64,000 nt of DNA. It comes from the human T2T-CHM13v2.0 reference genome, Homo sapiens. The stretch is from contig CP086569.2 of the NCBI GenBank assembly GCA_009914755.4, positions 16,512,001 through 16,576,000 on the forward strand, in the 5' to 3' direction. Position 1 is the stretch's first letter; every line of letters starts with the position of its first letter. Shown here one piece after another: positions 16,249 to 28,542 of the stretch. Under the pieces are notes generated by a model. That model ran no database searches. It worked only from the letters and a program-made list of their open reading frames with translations, and was not told the origin of the DNA. Both the position numbers and the translations under genes were made by a program.

Positions 16249-18542
16249 GAAAACAGGTATATGACAAGGATGCCTACTCTCAAAATTCCTATTCAACATA
16301 GAATTGGAAGTTCTGGTCAGAGCAATCAGGCAAGAGAAAGAAGGGTATTCAAATAGGAAGACAGGAAGTTAAATTGTCTTTGTTTGCAGACAACATGATT
16401 TTGTATTTAGAAAACCCCATCATCTCAGCCTCCAAACTCCTTAGCTGATAAACAACTTCAGCAAAGTCTCAGGATACATAATCAATGTGCAAAAATCACA
16501 AGCATTCCTATACTCCAACAATAAACAGAGTCAAATCATGAGTGAACTCCCATTCACAACTGTTACAAAGACAATGAAATACTTTAGAATACAACTTACA
16601 AGGGAGGTGAAGGAACTCTTCAAGGAGAATTGCAAACCACTGCTTGAGGAAATAAGGGAGGACAAAAAAAAAATGAAAAAAAAAAATCCATGCTCACGGA
16701 TAAGAAGAATCAATATCACGAAAATGGCCACAGTTCTGAAAGTATTCATAGATTCAATGCTATCCCCATCAAACTACCACTGACTTTCTTTACTGAATTA
16801 GAAAAACCTACTTTAAGTTTCATATGGAACCAAAAAAGACCCCATATAGCCAAGACAGTCCTAAGCAAAAAGGACAAAGCTGGAGGCATCATGCTACCTG
16901 ACGTCAAACTATATTACAAGGCTACAGTAACTGAAACAGCATGGTACTGGTACCAAAACAGATATATAGACCAATGGAGCAGAACAGAGGCCTCAGAAAC
17001 AACACCACACAACCACAGCCATCTGATCTTCAACAAACCTTTGACAAAAACAAGTGATGGGGAAAGAATTCTCTATTTAATAAATGATGCTGGTAAAACT
17101 GGCTAGCCATATGCAGAAAACACAAACTGGACCCCTTCCTTGCACTTTATACAAAAATTAACCCAAGAGACTTAAACATAAAATGTAAAACCATAAAAAC
17201 TCTAGAAGAAAACCTAGACAATACCATTCATGAAACAGGCATGGGCAAAGACTTCATGACTGAAACACCAAAAGCAATGACAACAAAGGCCACATTGACC
17301 AATAGGATCTCCTTAAACTAAAGAGCTTCTGCACAGCAAAAGAAACTATTATCAGAGTTAAAGGCAGCCTCTGGAATTTGAGAAATTTTTTGCAATATAT
17401 TTATCTGACAAAAGTGTAATTTCCAGAACCTACAAGGAACTTAAACAAATTTACAAGAAAAAGTCAAAAACCCCCATCAAAAATGGATGAAAGATATGAA
17501 CAAACACTTCTCAATAGAAGACATTTATGTGGCCAACAAACATATGAAAAAAAGCTCATCATCACTGGTTATTACAGAAATGCAAATCAAAACCACGGTG
17601 AGATACCATCTCTCACCAGTTAGAATGGTGATCTTTAAAAAGTCAGGAAACAACAGATGCTGGAGAGGATTTGGAGAAATAGGAATGCTGTTACACTGTT
17701 GATGGGAGTGGAAATTATTTCAGCCATTGTGGAAGACAGTGTGGCAATTCCTCAAGGATCTAGAACCAGAAATACCATTTGACCCAGCAATCTCTTCACT
17801 GGTTGTATAACCAAATGATTATAAATCATTCTATTATAAAGACTTATGTGCATGTATGTTTATTGCAGCACTATTCACAATAGCAAAGACTTGGAACCAA
17901 CCCAAATGTCCATCAATGATAGACTGGTTAAAAAAAAAGTGACATATTTACACCATGGGGTGCTATGCAGCCATGAAAAAGAATAAGTTAATGTCCTTTG
18001 TAGGGACATGGATGAAGCTGGAAACCATTATTCTCAGCAAACTATCACAAGAACAGAAAACCAAACACCACATGTTCTCACTCATAAGTGGGAGATGAAC
18101 ATTGAGAACACAAGGACACAGGGAGAGGAACATCATATACGGGGGCCTGTCAGTGGTTGGGGGCAAGGGGAGGGAGAGCATTAGGACAAATATCTGATGC
18201 ATGTGGCGCTTAAAACCTAAATGACAGGTAGATAGTTGCAGCAAACCACCATGGCACATGCAACCCTATGTAACAAACCTGCAGATTCTGTACATGTATC
18301 CTAGAATTGAAAGAGTAATGAATAAAAAATAAATAATTCAGTTTTATAACAAAACAACAAAAGTCACTCTAGTGTCTGAAGTGTGTTATGATTAAATGCA
18401 ATTTTTTACATAACACATTTTAATTATGCCAATAAGAGAGGATTACCCAATTAGAAAATGTCATCAGCAGGACCATATTAACACCCATATGATGAATTTT
18501 TCCTCCTGTTTTAACTGTAGTGTGTAAGAATAAATGTAAATT

Positions 18543-18610
18543 TAAGTAGTACTCTACTTAATTTAAGTAGTACTCTACTTAATTTAAGTAGTACTCTACT
18601 TAAGTACTCT
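18543..18610. repeat. Tandem repeat, 21 bp unit (taagtagtactctacttaatt) x 3.2; each unit contains a perfect hairpin aagtag-tact-ctactt
   Basis: Period-21 identity seen directly; 6 bp stem with 4 nt loop centred on the AGTACT palindrome. Confidence 0.9.
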
Positions 18611-20121
18611 GATTACAAAGTAATAAGAGAACCGAGTTACATGCTGAAAATAACTTTGTTCCTCTACCAAGACAAAAGAAAATCTAGGGCAATGTATCAC
18701 ATTGCTATGACAATGTGTTTCTTCAGATTGTATATGTTTTCATAAAGGTAAATAGTAAAGGAGGTACAGTTGGTAAAGACAGAAACCATATTAGTGTCTT
18801 CTGTGTGTCATACCATCTCAAAATTTAGAGGCATAATGCTATACCTGTATGTTTAAGTGCTGATCTTTTGGGCTGACATTTTGACTCAGATGAGTATTTT
18901 TTCTGAGATGACTTTGGCTGAGCTTGCTTCAAAGTCTGCCATTGGTTGATGAACAACTGAGGTACCTGGTTTATGATGACCTTGTCTGAGAAGGCAGGAA
19001 CACCTGGGGCCTCTCTGCATGTGGTTTTCTCATTCTCCAGCCTGTCCTCAAGGCTATAATTCTAGTGGTTCCAAGATCAGCAGGAGAGGACAAGCCCAGT
19101 GTGCAGATACCTTGCAAGTCTATGCTTGTTTCTACTTGCTCTAGAGCCCAAACAAGGCATCTGGCTAAGCCCAGCTGCAAGGGCAGGTCTAAAGACAATG
19201 CTTAAAGGAAATAGCCACAACAGCACATTGCAAAATAAAATAAATTAAATTAAATAAACACATATACAAGGGAGGGAAGTATCTGTGGCCAGTTTTACAA
19301 TCTACTTTATAAAGGTGAAAGTCTTATCAAAAAGAGGTGAAGTTGACATAGCAATAAGGACTTCCAAAAACTCTCTTCTCTATGCAATCAGTAATAAAGT
19401 GATAGAGAAAGTTGCCAGAAATAACTTTTACAGAACTCTAGAAATTAGCCAAAGTCTTGTTGCAACCCTGGGGAAATTTATTCAAGGAAAACAGTGGGAT
19501 CTCAATAAGAAGAGTGTGACAGTTATCTTTTGAGCTTACCCCAGTGCTAGCCTGCATTCTCCTGCTGAATGGTGGCTGCAAAAGCTACAGGCCACAGGTT
19601 CTCTACCAGGCAGCAGAGGGAGCAGCGTGTGGCTGGAGCTCTAGGAAATCTTCGTTCCTAATGTTTGTGTATTTATCTGTGTTTGACCTGATATGGAGTT
19701 GCCTAGTACAAAGAAATATTTTCTCAAAGGGAATGAAGCCCTGATACTTACAGTATATGGATGAACATGGAAAACAACACTCAGTAAAAGAAGCTTGATA
19801 TGAGGAAACACAACATCTAGGATCCATTTATCTGAAATGTCCAGAACAGGCAAACCCACAGAAACAGAAAGGAGAGATAGCTGTTGTCAGGGGCTAAAGG
19901 AAGGAAGGAAAAGGAGCGACCTCTCGTGGGTAAAGGGTTTCTTTTTCCAGGGATGAAAATATTCTGAAATTAGGTGTTGGTGCTGGTTGCACAATTTTGT
20001 GATAGAAAACCACTGAATTGTCCAGGTTAAGATGATAAATATTATGGGATGGGAATTCTATCTCATTGTTTAAAAAATGAAATCCACTATTTCAATAAAT
20101 TTTTGAAGAAAATATAAAGAA

Positions 20122-20282
20122 GGCTGGGCATGGTGGCTCATACCTGTAATCCTAACACTTAGGAGGCTGAGGCAGGCAGAATTCTTGAGCCTAGAAGTTC
20201 AAGACCAGCCTAGGCAATATGGAGAAACACTGTCTCTATAACAAAAAAAAAAAAAAGAAAAAGAAAAAGAAAAAGAAAAATT
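20122..20282 (+). mobile_element. Alu-derived left-monomer-like copy (FLAM-like or truncated Alu) with A-rich/(GAAAA)n tail
   Basis: GGCTGGGCATGGTGGCTCATACCTGTAATCC…AGTTCAAGACCAGCCTAGGCAATATGGAGAAACACTGTCTCTA then A-rich tail. Confidence 0.8.
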
Positions 20283-20285
20283 ATG

Positions 20286-20537
20286 CCGGGCACATGGGTC
20301 TTACCTCTAATCCAATCATTTTGGGAGGCCGGAGCATGTGGATTACATGAGGTCAGGAGTTCAAGATCAGCCTGGTTAATGTGGCACAAAAATACAAAAA
20401 TATGGCAGGCGCCTCTAATTCCAACTACTCAGGAAGTGGAGGTTGCAGTGAGCCAAGATGGTGCCACTGTACTCCAGCCTGGGTGACAGAGCAAGACTTC
20501 ATCTCAAAAAAAAAGAAAAAAAAAAGGAAAAGAAAAA
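20286..20537 (+). mobile_element. Alu element (about 30 bp internal deletion in right arm), A-rich tail
   Basis: GCCGGGCACATGG…TTTGGGAGGCCGGAGCATGTGGATTACATGAGGTCAGGAGTTCAAGATCAGCCTGG…TGCAGTGAGCCAAGATGGTGCCACTGTACTCCAGCCTGGGTGACAGAGCAAGAC. Confidence 0.9.
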
Positions 20538-20540
20538 TTT

Positions 20541-20697
20541 GGCAGTTGTGATGACATGTACCTATAGTTCCAACTACTCAGGAGGCTGAAGAAGGAGGAT
20601 CACTTGATCCTGGAAGGTTGACCCTGCAGGAAGCTGAGATTGTGACCCTGCACTCCAACCCCGGGCAACAAAATGAGACCCTGTCTCTAAAAAAGAA
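20541..20697 (+). mobile_element. Alu right-arm (FRAM-like) fragment
   Basis: …CCTATAGTTCCAACTACTCAGGAGGCTGAAGAAGGAGGATCACTTGATCCTGGAAGGTTGA…CACTCCAACCCCGGGCAACAAAATGAGACCCTGTCTC. Confidence 0.8.
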
Positions 20698-22303
20698 AAT
20701 TAATTAATTTTAGAAAGTAAATTTCTTTAGCTATCAGTTCTTCAAAATGGACTGTCTAGAGTGACATTATTGCAAAATTGTCCAACTTCTATGCTATCTT
20801 TAGGTTGGATTCCTGGGGTATTGACAGCACTTTCTTTAGTTTGCCCTGTTGGATGAGTTCCCATGTCTATATTCCAGTTACCCTTCCTGCTTTGAATGCT
20901 CCATTCTCTATCTGTCTAGACACATTCCCAAAATTATGCACCACAATTTATCTTAGAGGTCTCAGCTCCATCATCTCCTCTCTATAAAACTTGTTTCCAC
21001 CTTGGAACTCATTATTGCTGCTGTTCTATCTTTTGCAACAGATGATTTCAACTAGATTTGTTTTAGACTGCCAACTCATTTAGAAAGGGACCAATTTCTA
21101 TTCATTTTTGTATCCAAAGTGCATAGCATAGTGCCTGGCACCTTAGCAGGAATCTTTAGTCTTCTCTGGGTACAGTGAAGGTTTTGTCCCCACGACCTCT
21201 GCAGCATTCAGTTCAGACCAGCACTCACTGTTCATTTTTCCTTCTTTGCCGAGATTGTAAAAGTAAGTTAAAATTGTAGTTGTCTGTCCCAAAGGATTTG
21301 AAAACTTATTTCCACAAAAAAACCTCACCATGTACATTTATAGCAATCTTATTCACAATTGATAATGCTTGGAAGCAACAAAGATGTCCTTCAGTAGATG
21401 AATGGATAAACAAACTAGTACCTCCAGACAAATGAGTATTATTCAGCACCAAAAAGAAATAAACCATCAGGCTATGAGAAGGCATGGAGGAAACATAAAT
21501 GCATATCGCCAAGTGAAAAAAGCCTATCTGAAAAGGCTCATACTGTAGCATTTAACTATAGGACATTCTGGAAAAGGGAAGACTATGAGAACAGTAAAAA
21601 AACATCAGTGGGTGCCAGGGGGAAGAAGGAGGGATGAATAGGTGGAGCACAGAAGATTTTTAGGGTGAAACACAATGAACCTACCCTGTGTCACATTATA
21701 TAATGGTGGGTCCATGCCATTATACATTTGTCCAAACCCATAGAATGTACAACACCCAGAGTGAACCCTAATGTAGACGGTGGTAATGATGATGTGTCAA
21801 TGTAGGTTCATCAGTTGTAACAAATGCACTGCTCTGATACATGAAGTTGATAATGGGGGAGACTGTGCATGAGTTGGGGAAGGGATATAGAGGAAATGTC
21901 TATACTTTTCACACAGTTTCTCTATGAATGTAAAATTGATCTAAAATACACACATAAAAATAAGGTTTTAACTCATAATACACATACACACCAAGTGGCG
22001 ACACTTGAGCTGTAAGCTGGCCACCTAGGTGGACTCGTTCAGCTTTTCCTGGGTTCTATGACGTAGAGTATATTCTTCTATCCAGAATGTGCTTTCTGTA
22101 TCTGACTTGAACCTAAACCCAGACGGAAAGCCACCCCAAGTCCAGTGGGCCTGTTTTACTTTGCTCATGTGAACAATGCTCTACTATGGGGTCCACCATT
22201 TAAGCAATATGAGCGATGCTCCCAGGACTTGTGTACTATAGCCATCCCCTTCTCCAAACGATTCCTTTGCTTGGAATTTCTTCCCAACTCTATCCTATCC
22301 AGC

Positions 22304-24616
22304 TGATATGGATTGGCTGTGTCACCACTCAAATCTCATCTTGAATTGCAACTCCCAGGAGTCCCACATGCCCTGGGAGGAACCTGGCAGGGGGTGATTG
22401 AATAATGGCGACAGATCTTTCCCATGCTGTTCCCATGATAGTGAATAAGTCTCATGAGATCTGATGGTTTTAAAAATGGGAGTTTCCCTCCACAAGCTGT
22501 CTTTTTATGCCTGCCACCGTCCATGTAAGATGTGACTTTCTCTTCCTTGCCTTTCATCTTCCCCCATGGTTGTGAGGTCCCCCCAGCCACATGGAACTGT
22601 AAGTCCAATAAACCTCTTTCACTTGTAAATTGCCCAGTCTTGGGTATGTCTTTATCAACAACATTAAAACAAACTAATACAATAAATTGGTGCCAGTAAG
22701 GTAGGTGCTGCTGAAAAGATATCCAAAAATTTGAAAGTGACTCTGGAACTGGGCTACAGGCAGAGATTGGAACAGTTTGGAAGGCTCAAAAGAAGACAGG
22801 AAAATGTGGGAGAGTGTGGAACTCCCTAAAGAGTTGTTGAATGGCTTTGACCAAAATGCTGATAATGATATGGACAATGAAATCCAAGCTGAGGGGGTCC
22901 CAAATGCAGATGAGGGACTTGTTGTGAACTTGAGCAAAGTTGACCCTTGTGATGTTTTAGCAAAAGACTGGCAGCATTTTGTCCCTGCCCCAGAGATTTG
23001 AGGAACTTAGAACTTGAGAGAGATGATTTAGGATATCTGGCAAGGGAAACTTCTAAGAAGCAAAGCATTCGAGAGCTGACTTGGGTGCTGTTAAAGGCAT
23101 TCAGTTTTATAAAGGAAGTAGAGCATAAAAGCTCCTAAAATTTGCAACCTGACAATATAATAGAAAAGAAAATCCCATTTTCTGAGGAGAAATTCAAGCC
23201 AGCTGCAGAAATTTTCATAGCTAAAGAAGACTTGAAAGTTCATCCTCAAGAAAATGGGAAAAGTATCTCCAGGGCATGTCGGAGGTCTTCATGTCAGCCA
23301 CTCCCATGTCAGGCCCAAAGGCCTAGGAGGAAGTAGTGGATCTGTGGGCTGAGCCCACACCCCCCATGCTGTGTGCAGCCTTGGGACTTAGAGCCCTGTG
23401 TCCCAACTGCTCCAGTCATGCCTGAAAGGGGACAACATAGAGCTCCTTCCATAGCTTCAGAGGGTGGAAGCCCCAAGCCTTAGCAGCTTCCACATGGCAT
23501 TGAGTTTGTGAGTGAACAGAAGTCAAGAACTGAGGTTTGGGAATCTCTGCCTAGATTTCAGAAGATGTATGGAAACACCAGGATGCTCAGGCAGAAGTTT
23601 TCTGTAGGACTGGGACCCTCATGGGGAATATCTGCTAGGGGAGTGGAGAAGGCAAAAGTGGGGTCAGAGACTTCACACAGAGTCTCTCCTGGGGCACTGC
23701 CTACTGGAGCTGTGAGAAGAGGGTCACTGTCTTCCAGACCTCAGAGTGGTAGATCTACTGACACCTTGCACCGTGTTCCTGGAAAAGCCACAGACACTCA
23801 GTGCTAGTCTGTGAAAGCAGCCAGGAGAGTGGCTGTACCCTGTAAAGCCACAGGGGCAGAGCTTCTCAAGACTATGGGAACCTACCTCTTGCATCAGCAG
23901 GACCTGGATGTGAGACATGGAGTCAAGGAAGATCATTTTGGAGCTTTAAGATTTGCCCTGCTAGATTTCAGACTTGTGTGGGGTCTATAGCTTCTTTGTT
24001 TGACCAATTTCTCCCATTTGGAATGGCTGTGTTTACCCAATACCTGTATCACCATTGCATCTAGGAAGTGGCTAACTTGCTTTTGATTTTACAGGCTCAT
24101 AGGGGGAATGGACTGGCCTTGTCTCAGATCAGACTTTGGACTGTGGACATTTGAGTTAATATTGAAATGAGTTGAGAATTTAGGGGACTGTTGGGAGGGC
24201 ATGATTGGCTTTGAAATGTCAGGACATGAGATTTGGAGGTGTCAGGGGTGGAATAATATGCCTTGGCTCTCTCCCCTCTCAAAATTCATCTTGAATTTCA
24301 ATTCTTACCGTTCCTATGAGTCATGAAAGGAACCTGGTGGGAGGTAATTGAATCATGGAGTCAGATCCTTCTCATACTATTCTCGTGATAATAAATAAAT
24401 CTCATGATATTTGTTGGTTTTAAAAATGGGAGTTTCCATGCACAAACACACTCTCTTTGCCTGCTGGCAACAGTATAAGATGTGACTTGCTCCTCCTTGC
24501 CTTCTGCCATGATTGTGAGGCCTTCTCAGCCATGTGGAAGTGTAAGTCCATTAAACCTCTTTTTTTCTCCAGTCTTGGATATATATTTATTAGCAGCATG
24601 AAAACAGAGTAATATA
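22304..24616 (+). mobile_element. Complete THE1-type MaLR retrotransposon (ERVL-MaLR): 5' LTR 22304-22681, internal region 22682-24248, 3' LTR 24249-24616; 5 bp target-site duplication CCAGC at 22299-22303 and 24617-24621
   Basis: Both LTRs match the THE1/MST consensus (TGATATGGNTTGGCTGTGTCNCCACNCAAATCTCATCTTGAATTG…GGAGGTAATTGAATCATGG…GATCTGATGGTTTTAAAAATGGGAGTTTCC…CCATGTGGAACTGTAAGTCCATTAAACCTCTTT…ACTAATACA). The two LTRs differ considerably from each other, consistent with an old insertion. The internal ORF fragment 22777-23001 is THE1-int derived. Confidence 0.85.
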
Positions 24617-26575
24617 CCAGCTTATCCCAGCTCTAACTGACAACCTCAAATATAGAGATTTCTGGTCACTCTTCTTTGGGGGCTTCTTCTCAACCAGGCT
24701 CTGAATAATTAACTTCATTCTTAAACTTTCAACACAAACTTTACTTATCTCCTCTGGTTTGGCTGATAGTTTAAACTCATCTGAGACCTTTCCCCACTGC
24801 TCATAGTTTTACTTGGCCCTTTGAATGGAAATTAATCTCCTGTATTCATTCTTACTAGCTCCAGTAACTCTGTTTGCCCCCATTTCTACATGGGTATTTA
24901 TCAGAAACTCCTTATGTCTTTTAACTAAGATGCAATTACTTCTGCAAAACAATCTAGATAACATTATTCAAAAATTGAGTTGCCAACCTGATCTTTCAAA
25001 GAAGCATGCATTTTGAACTCTCTCTTTTCTGAGGTACAGATCACTCCAGACACCGTTACTGAGCTCGGCTACCATTCTGAATTACCTGAATAAAAATGAC
25101 TACCTTTTAAGAAGTTATTCCATAAGAATCATCATGGTCTAAATGTATCTATCCAATATATTTGTATAATTTTTCATTGACCTAAAAATGTCACTTTATA
25201 AGTGACTATTTTCATGTCATGAACATTTGTATGCACTTCTCTTTTTAGAGGTCAATGTCTTATCTTTCTTTAGGCTATTCTGAAATAAACAAAATAGCTC
25301 ATGGAATTTCCTATGTTAGAAGATTGCAAGATTTCCACATGTTCTAGACTTCAAGTGATACACTGGTATATTTGGAAAGGTATATTTCTAGTAACAAAAA
25401 AGAAATGAAAATGCAGACATACCTAGTTCTGGGAATAAAAATACTGGATCCACAAGGGAAAATGTAATTTTTTTCTTGGAGATAGTACAGGCTTAGAATA
25501 ACTTTAATCCATGTTAGAGGATAAGCATAGGAACAGAGTCTTGGCCTAACTAAAATTATTTATCCCAAAAAATATATAACATAGTTTTCAATTATTCAAG
25601 ACATCACATACTTGGTGGTTTGTCAATGATAAATAAACTTTAGCTATATAATTAAATCCTTAAAAAGGACAAAATAATTTGTGTGTGTTTGCTCTTATTC
25701 CTCATTCAAGTTGATTATTTCCTTGTTATCTGAACAGTTTGACATTTTGCCAACAGTTTTCCCAAGCTTGATGTCTGAAGAAGGTATAGATATTCAAGGT
25801 GAAGTACAGAATAAATGTGAGCTAATTTATTGATGCTGGCATCAGGAATTAAATAACTAGTTGTTACTGACTTACTAGACTGCTAGACATGCCACAGAGG
25901 ATCTCAACTCTATATAATTCTTAAATGAAAGAATGACGATTTTGGGGACTCAAAATGCAGTCAAATTTCTTAGTCACATTATTTACTTATGTAAGCATTT
26001 ACACAAATTAGTATTTAGTTTTAAAACTATTTTTGAATATATAGAGTTTGATGGATCTCTTTCAGAACCAACTTTTACTTTCATGGGTTTATTTTTATTC
26101 TGTTGTTATTTCTTCATTTGAACACAGTTTATTGGTGGCCTTTTTAGTCTTCACCTCTTTAATGATAGTGCTTTCTTCTGTTCAATCCCATGAGCAAGAT
26201 GACCACCAGCATCAGCCTTCAGAGGAGCCTGTGGACTCTGGCTGAGGTCCCACAGGATTTGGCTTGGAAATGACCATGTATCAGTCAGCTGTTTCCATAA
26301 TAATGCTACATAACAAGCTAGCCTCTAATGCAGTGTATACAAACACACATTTATTCTCATGCTCATTTTTCTGAGGGTTATCTGTTGTGGTTTTACTCCA
26401 CGTGTTATATTTAGAGCCAAACTTGGAGGCACAGGACAGAGCACCCAGAGGGAAGCAAACTGCTTTGCAGAAGTAACACAAGCGGTCTTTCAGATTTAAG
26501 CCTGTAAGTGTCATTTCTGTCTACATTTGTTTTGTCAGACCATGCAGCAGTGTCTGGAGTTTGAGGGAGATTATA

Positions 26576-27480
26576 CTAGTTTTTTATTGCTGTGTAATAA
26601 ATTACCACAAACATAGTAGTCTAAAACCATACAATTTATTATCTCAGCTCCATAGGCCAGAAATGCAAGACAGCTAAGATGGTATCTCAGCTCCAAGTCT
26701 TACCAGAATGAAATTTATGAATCATCTGTGACTTCTGATCTCACCTGGAGCTGGAGGTTCTCTGCCAAGATCAATAATTATTCGTAGAATTATTTTTCTT
26801 CTCACACTACTCACATGGTTTCCTCCATCTTTTTTTTACTTAAGAAAGGATCTCACTCTGTCACCCAGACTGAAGTGCAGTGGTATGATCATGGCTCACT
26901 GCAGCCTTGACCTCCCTGTGCTCAGGTGATCCTCCCATTTCAACCTCTCGAGTAGCTAGGACTACAGGTGTCCACCACCATGCCAGGCCAATGCATTATT
27001 TTTTCGCATTTTTTGTAGAAATGTTTTTTTTTTCCATCTTGCCCAGGCTGATCTTAGACTCCTGGGATCAAAAAATCCTCAGCCCCTCAAAGTAGCCACC
27101 ACAACAGACCAGGGTCTTCGATCTCTAAAACAGCAATGGCAGGTCAAATACTTCCCACACTTCAAATCTCTCTGATGTTATCCTCTTTCTTTTTTTACTT
27201 CTAAGAGCTCATGTTATTACACTGAATCCATCAGGTAATTCAGGATAATCTCCAATTGAGTAGGAATCTTCTTAAGTGAGCTTGAATAATCTTATTCAGT
27301 GAGAAGATAAGTTCAACTCATTTAGCTGAAGTTATTCCACTTATTATAACTGGGAAGATACATTCAACTGATTACTGACTTTAATTACATCTGCAGAGTC
27401 CCTTTTACTAGGTAACCTACTTGTATCCACAGGCACATCACCAGGAAGTAAAACAGTCATGATGGTGAAAATTCTACCTA
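26576..27480 (-). mobile_element. MLT1-type MaLR LTR (antisense), interrupted by the Alu at 26830-27113
   Basis: Reverse complement of the MLT1 consensus end is recognisable (…ttattgctgtgtaataaattaccacaaac…ttaaaac…atttattatctcag…) and, after the Alu, the downstream MLT1 part (…ttaattacatctgcagagtccctttt…). Family assignment from memory, subfamily not resolved. Confidence 0.55.
26830..27113 (-). mobile_element. Alu element (old, AluJ-like), antisense, inserted in the MLT1 copy
   Basis: TTTTTTTT…GGATCTCACTCTGTCACCCAGACTGAAGTGCAGTGGTATGATCATGGCTCACTGCAGCCTTGACCTCC…TAGCTAGGACTACAGGTG…. Confidence 0.9.
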
Positions 27481-27647
27481 CCCCTGAAACAGAAGAAAAT
27501 ATTTGCTGAACAATCTCCTAGCACTACTTTGACCTAAAACACCACCATGACCCCATCAGTGTTCTTTTTCCACGTTAGCAACTTTGGGAAATGAGGCTAT
27601 TTCAACTTTTTAAAATATCTTATTGGTTACCACCCTGGGAAACGTGT

Positions 27648-27868
27648 GAGACCATGTCTCTACAAAAATATTCAAAAGTTAGCTGGTGTGATGGCACATG
27701 CCTATATTCCTAGCTACTCAGGAGGCTTAGGTGGGAGGATGACTTAAGCATAGGAGTTTGAGGCTTCAGTTACCTATGATCACACAACTACACTGTGTCT
27801 TGGGTGACAGAGAGAGACTCTGTCTCTAAAAAATAAAATAAAATATACAAAATAAAATATTTCACTGG
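27648..27868 (+). mobile_element. 5'-truncated Alu (starts mid left monomer), A/(AAAAT)-rich tail
   Basis: GAGACCATGTCTCTACAAAAATATTCAAAAGTTAGCTGGTGTGATGGCACATGCCTATATTCCTAGCTACTCAGGAGGCTTAGGTGGGAGGATGACTTAAGC…. Confidence 0.85.
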
Positions 27869-28542
27869 CTAGAATGTAGTCACATGACCAAGCCATAGAG
27901 AAGTCTGGGAAATGTAGTCTTTAGCCGACTAGCTACATGCTCAGATAAAAAAAAATTATAATTGTGAAAGACATGCAGAATAAATCTTGGCTTAACACTG
28001 CAAGTAGTAAAGTCTGCTGGTGTTAATCTAATATCTGTTGTAATGACTTACTTACATTCTAGTATGTCACCAGCCTTGTTTGCATTAGATCATTTTATTC
28101 TTATACTATATCCTTGAGGGAGTGACAGTTTTCTCAATTAACAACTGAGAAAAACCTGTGACATTTGAGGGTATCAGTGCTGAGTGGGTGGGTAAAGTAG
28201 GGAAGAAATTCCAGGCAGAAGGTGGAAGGGGAAACGAGGAAGACAGGGTAAAATATTATTCTACAGTTCAGCAATTGTTCCTTTAATGTTCTTGGGCCTA
28301 TGTCTGTGCATGTATCTGAATTTGTGTGTGTTTATGTGTCAGTGTATGTGAGTATGCTTTTGTATGTATTAATTATGAGGGCTGAAAATGAGAGCTATGG
28401 TTCAAGAGGATAGCAATGTAAGGTTTTAAGAAGGGGCTAAAATGTTTCTCAGAAATTAAACTTTGGAGCTGTTTCTTTGTTGCACCTTTGGTGCCTACAG
28501 AACCTATATGAAACACCTGGGTGAAAGGTGGTATACATAAAA

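Larger units (their letters stand above)
11568..18345 (+). mobile_element. Older LINE-1 (L1PB-like; 5'UTR partly present, ORF1 and ORF2 heavily decayed). One element split into 11568-15077 and 16249-18345 by a nested younger L1 (see 15078-16248)
   Basis: The 5' part is homologous to the distal L1 5'UTR (…gggtggaactcactgcagcacag…, …ctgctggtgatacccatgcaaacggggtttggagtggacctccagcagac…). ORF1 (about 12290-13330) and ORF2 (starting ATGACAGGATCAAATTCACACATAAC at 13441) are present. The sequence left of 15077 ends at ORF2 residues …EAFLLKTG and the sequence right of 16249 resumes exactly at KTG(TRQG)CPLSPLLFNIVLEV… and continues to an L1PB-type 3' end (GGGAGATGAACATTGAGAACACAAGGACACAGG…). A-run expanded to 26 A at 13653-13678. 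Confidence 0.85.

Noticed and set aside
11568-18345. Three independent tandem L1 insertions (the naive reading of the ORF track)
   Set aside because: ORF2 coordinate continuity across 15077/16249 and the flanking 15 bp direct repeat show a nested insertion in a single older element instead (see findings).
18543-18610. Short regularly spaced direct repeats that could suggest a CRISPR-like array
   Set aside because: Units are contiguous with no spacers, there are only 3 copies, and the context is eukaryotic repeat-rich DNA. This is a simple tandem repeat.
22777-23001. 74 aa acidic ORF (MEGSKEDRKMWESVELPKELLNGFDQNADNDMDNEIQAEGVPN…)
   Set aside because: It lies inside the THE1 internal region. 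MaLR internal sequences carry gag-like ORF remnants, so this is not an independent gene.
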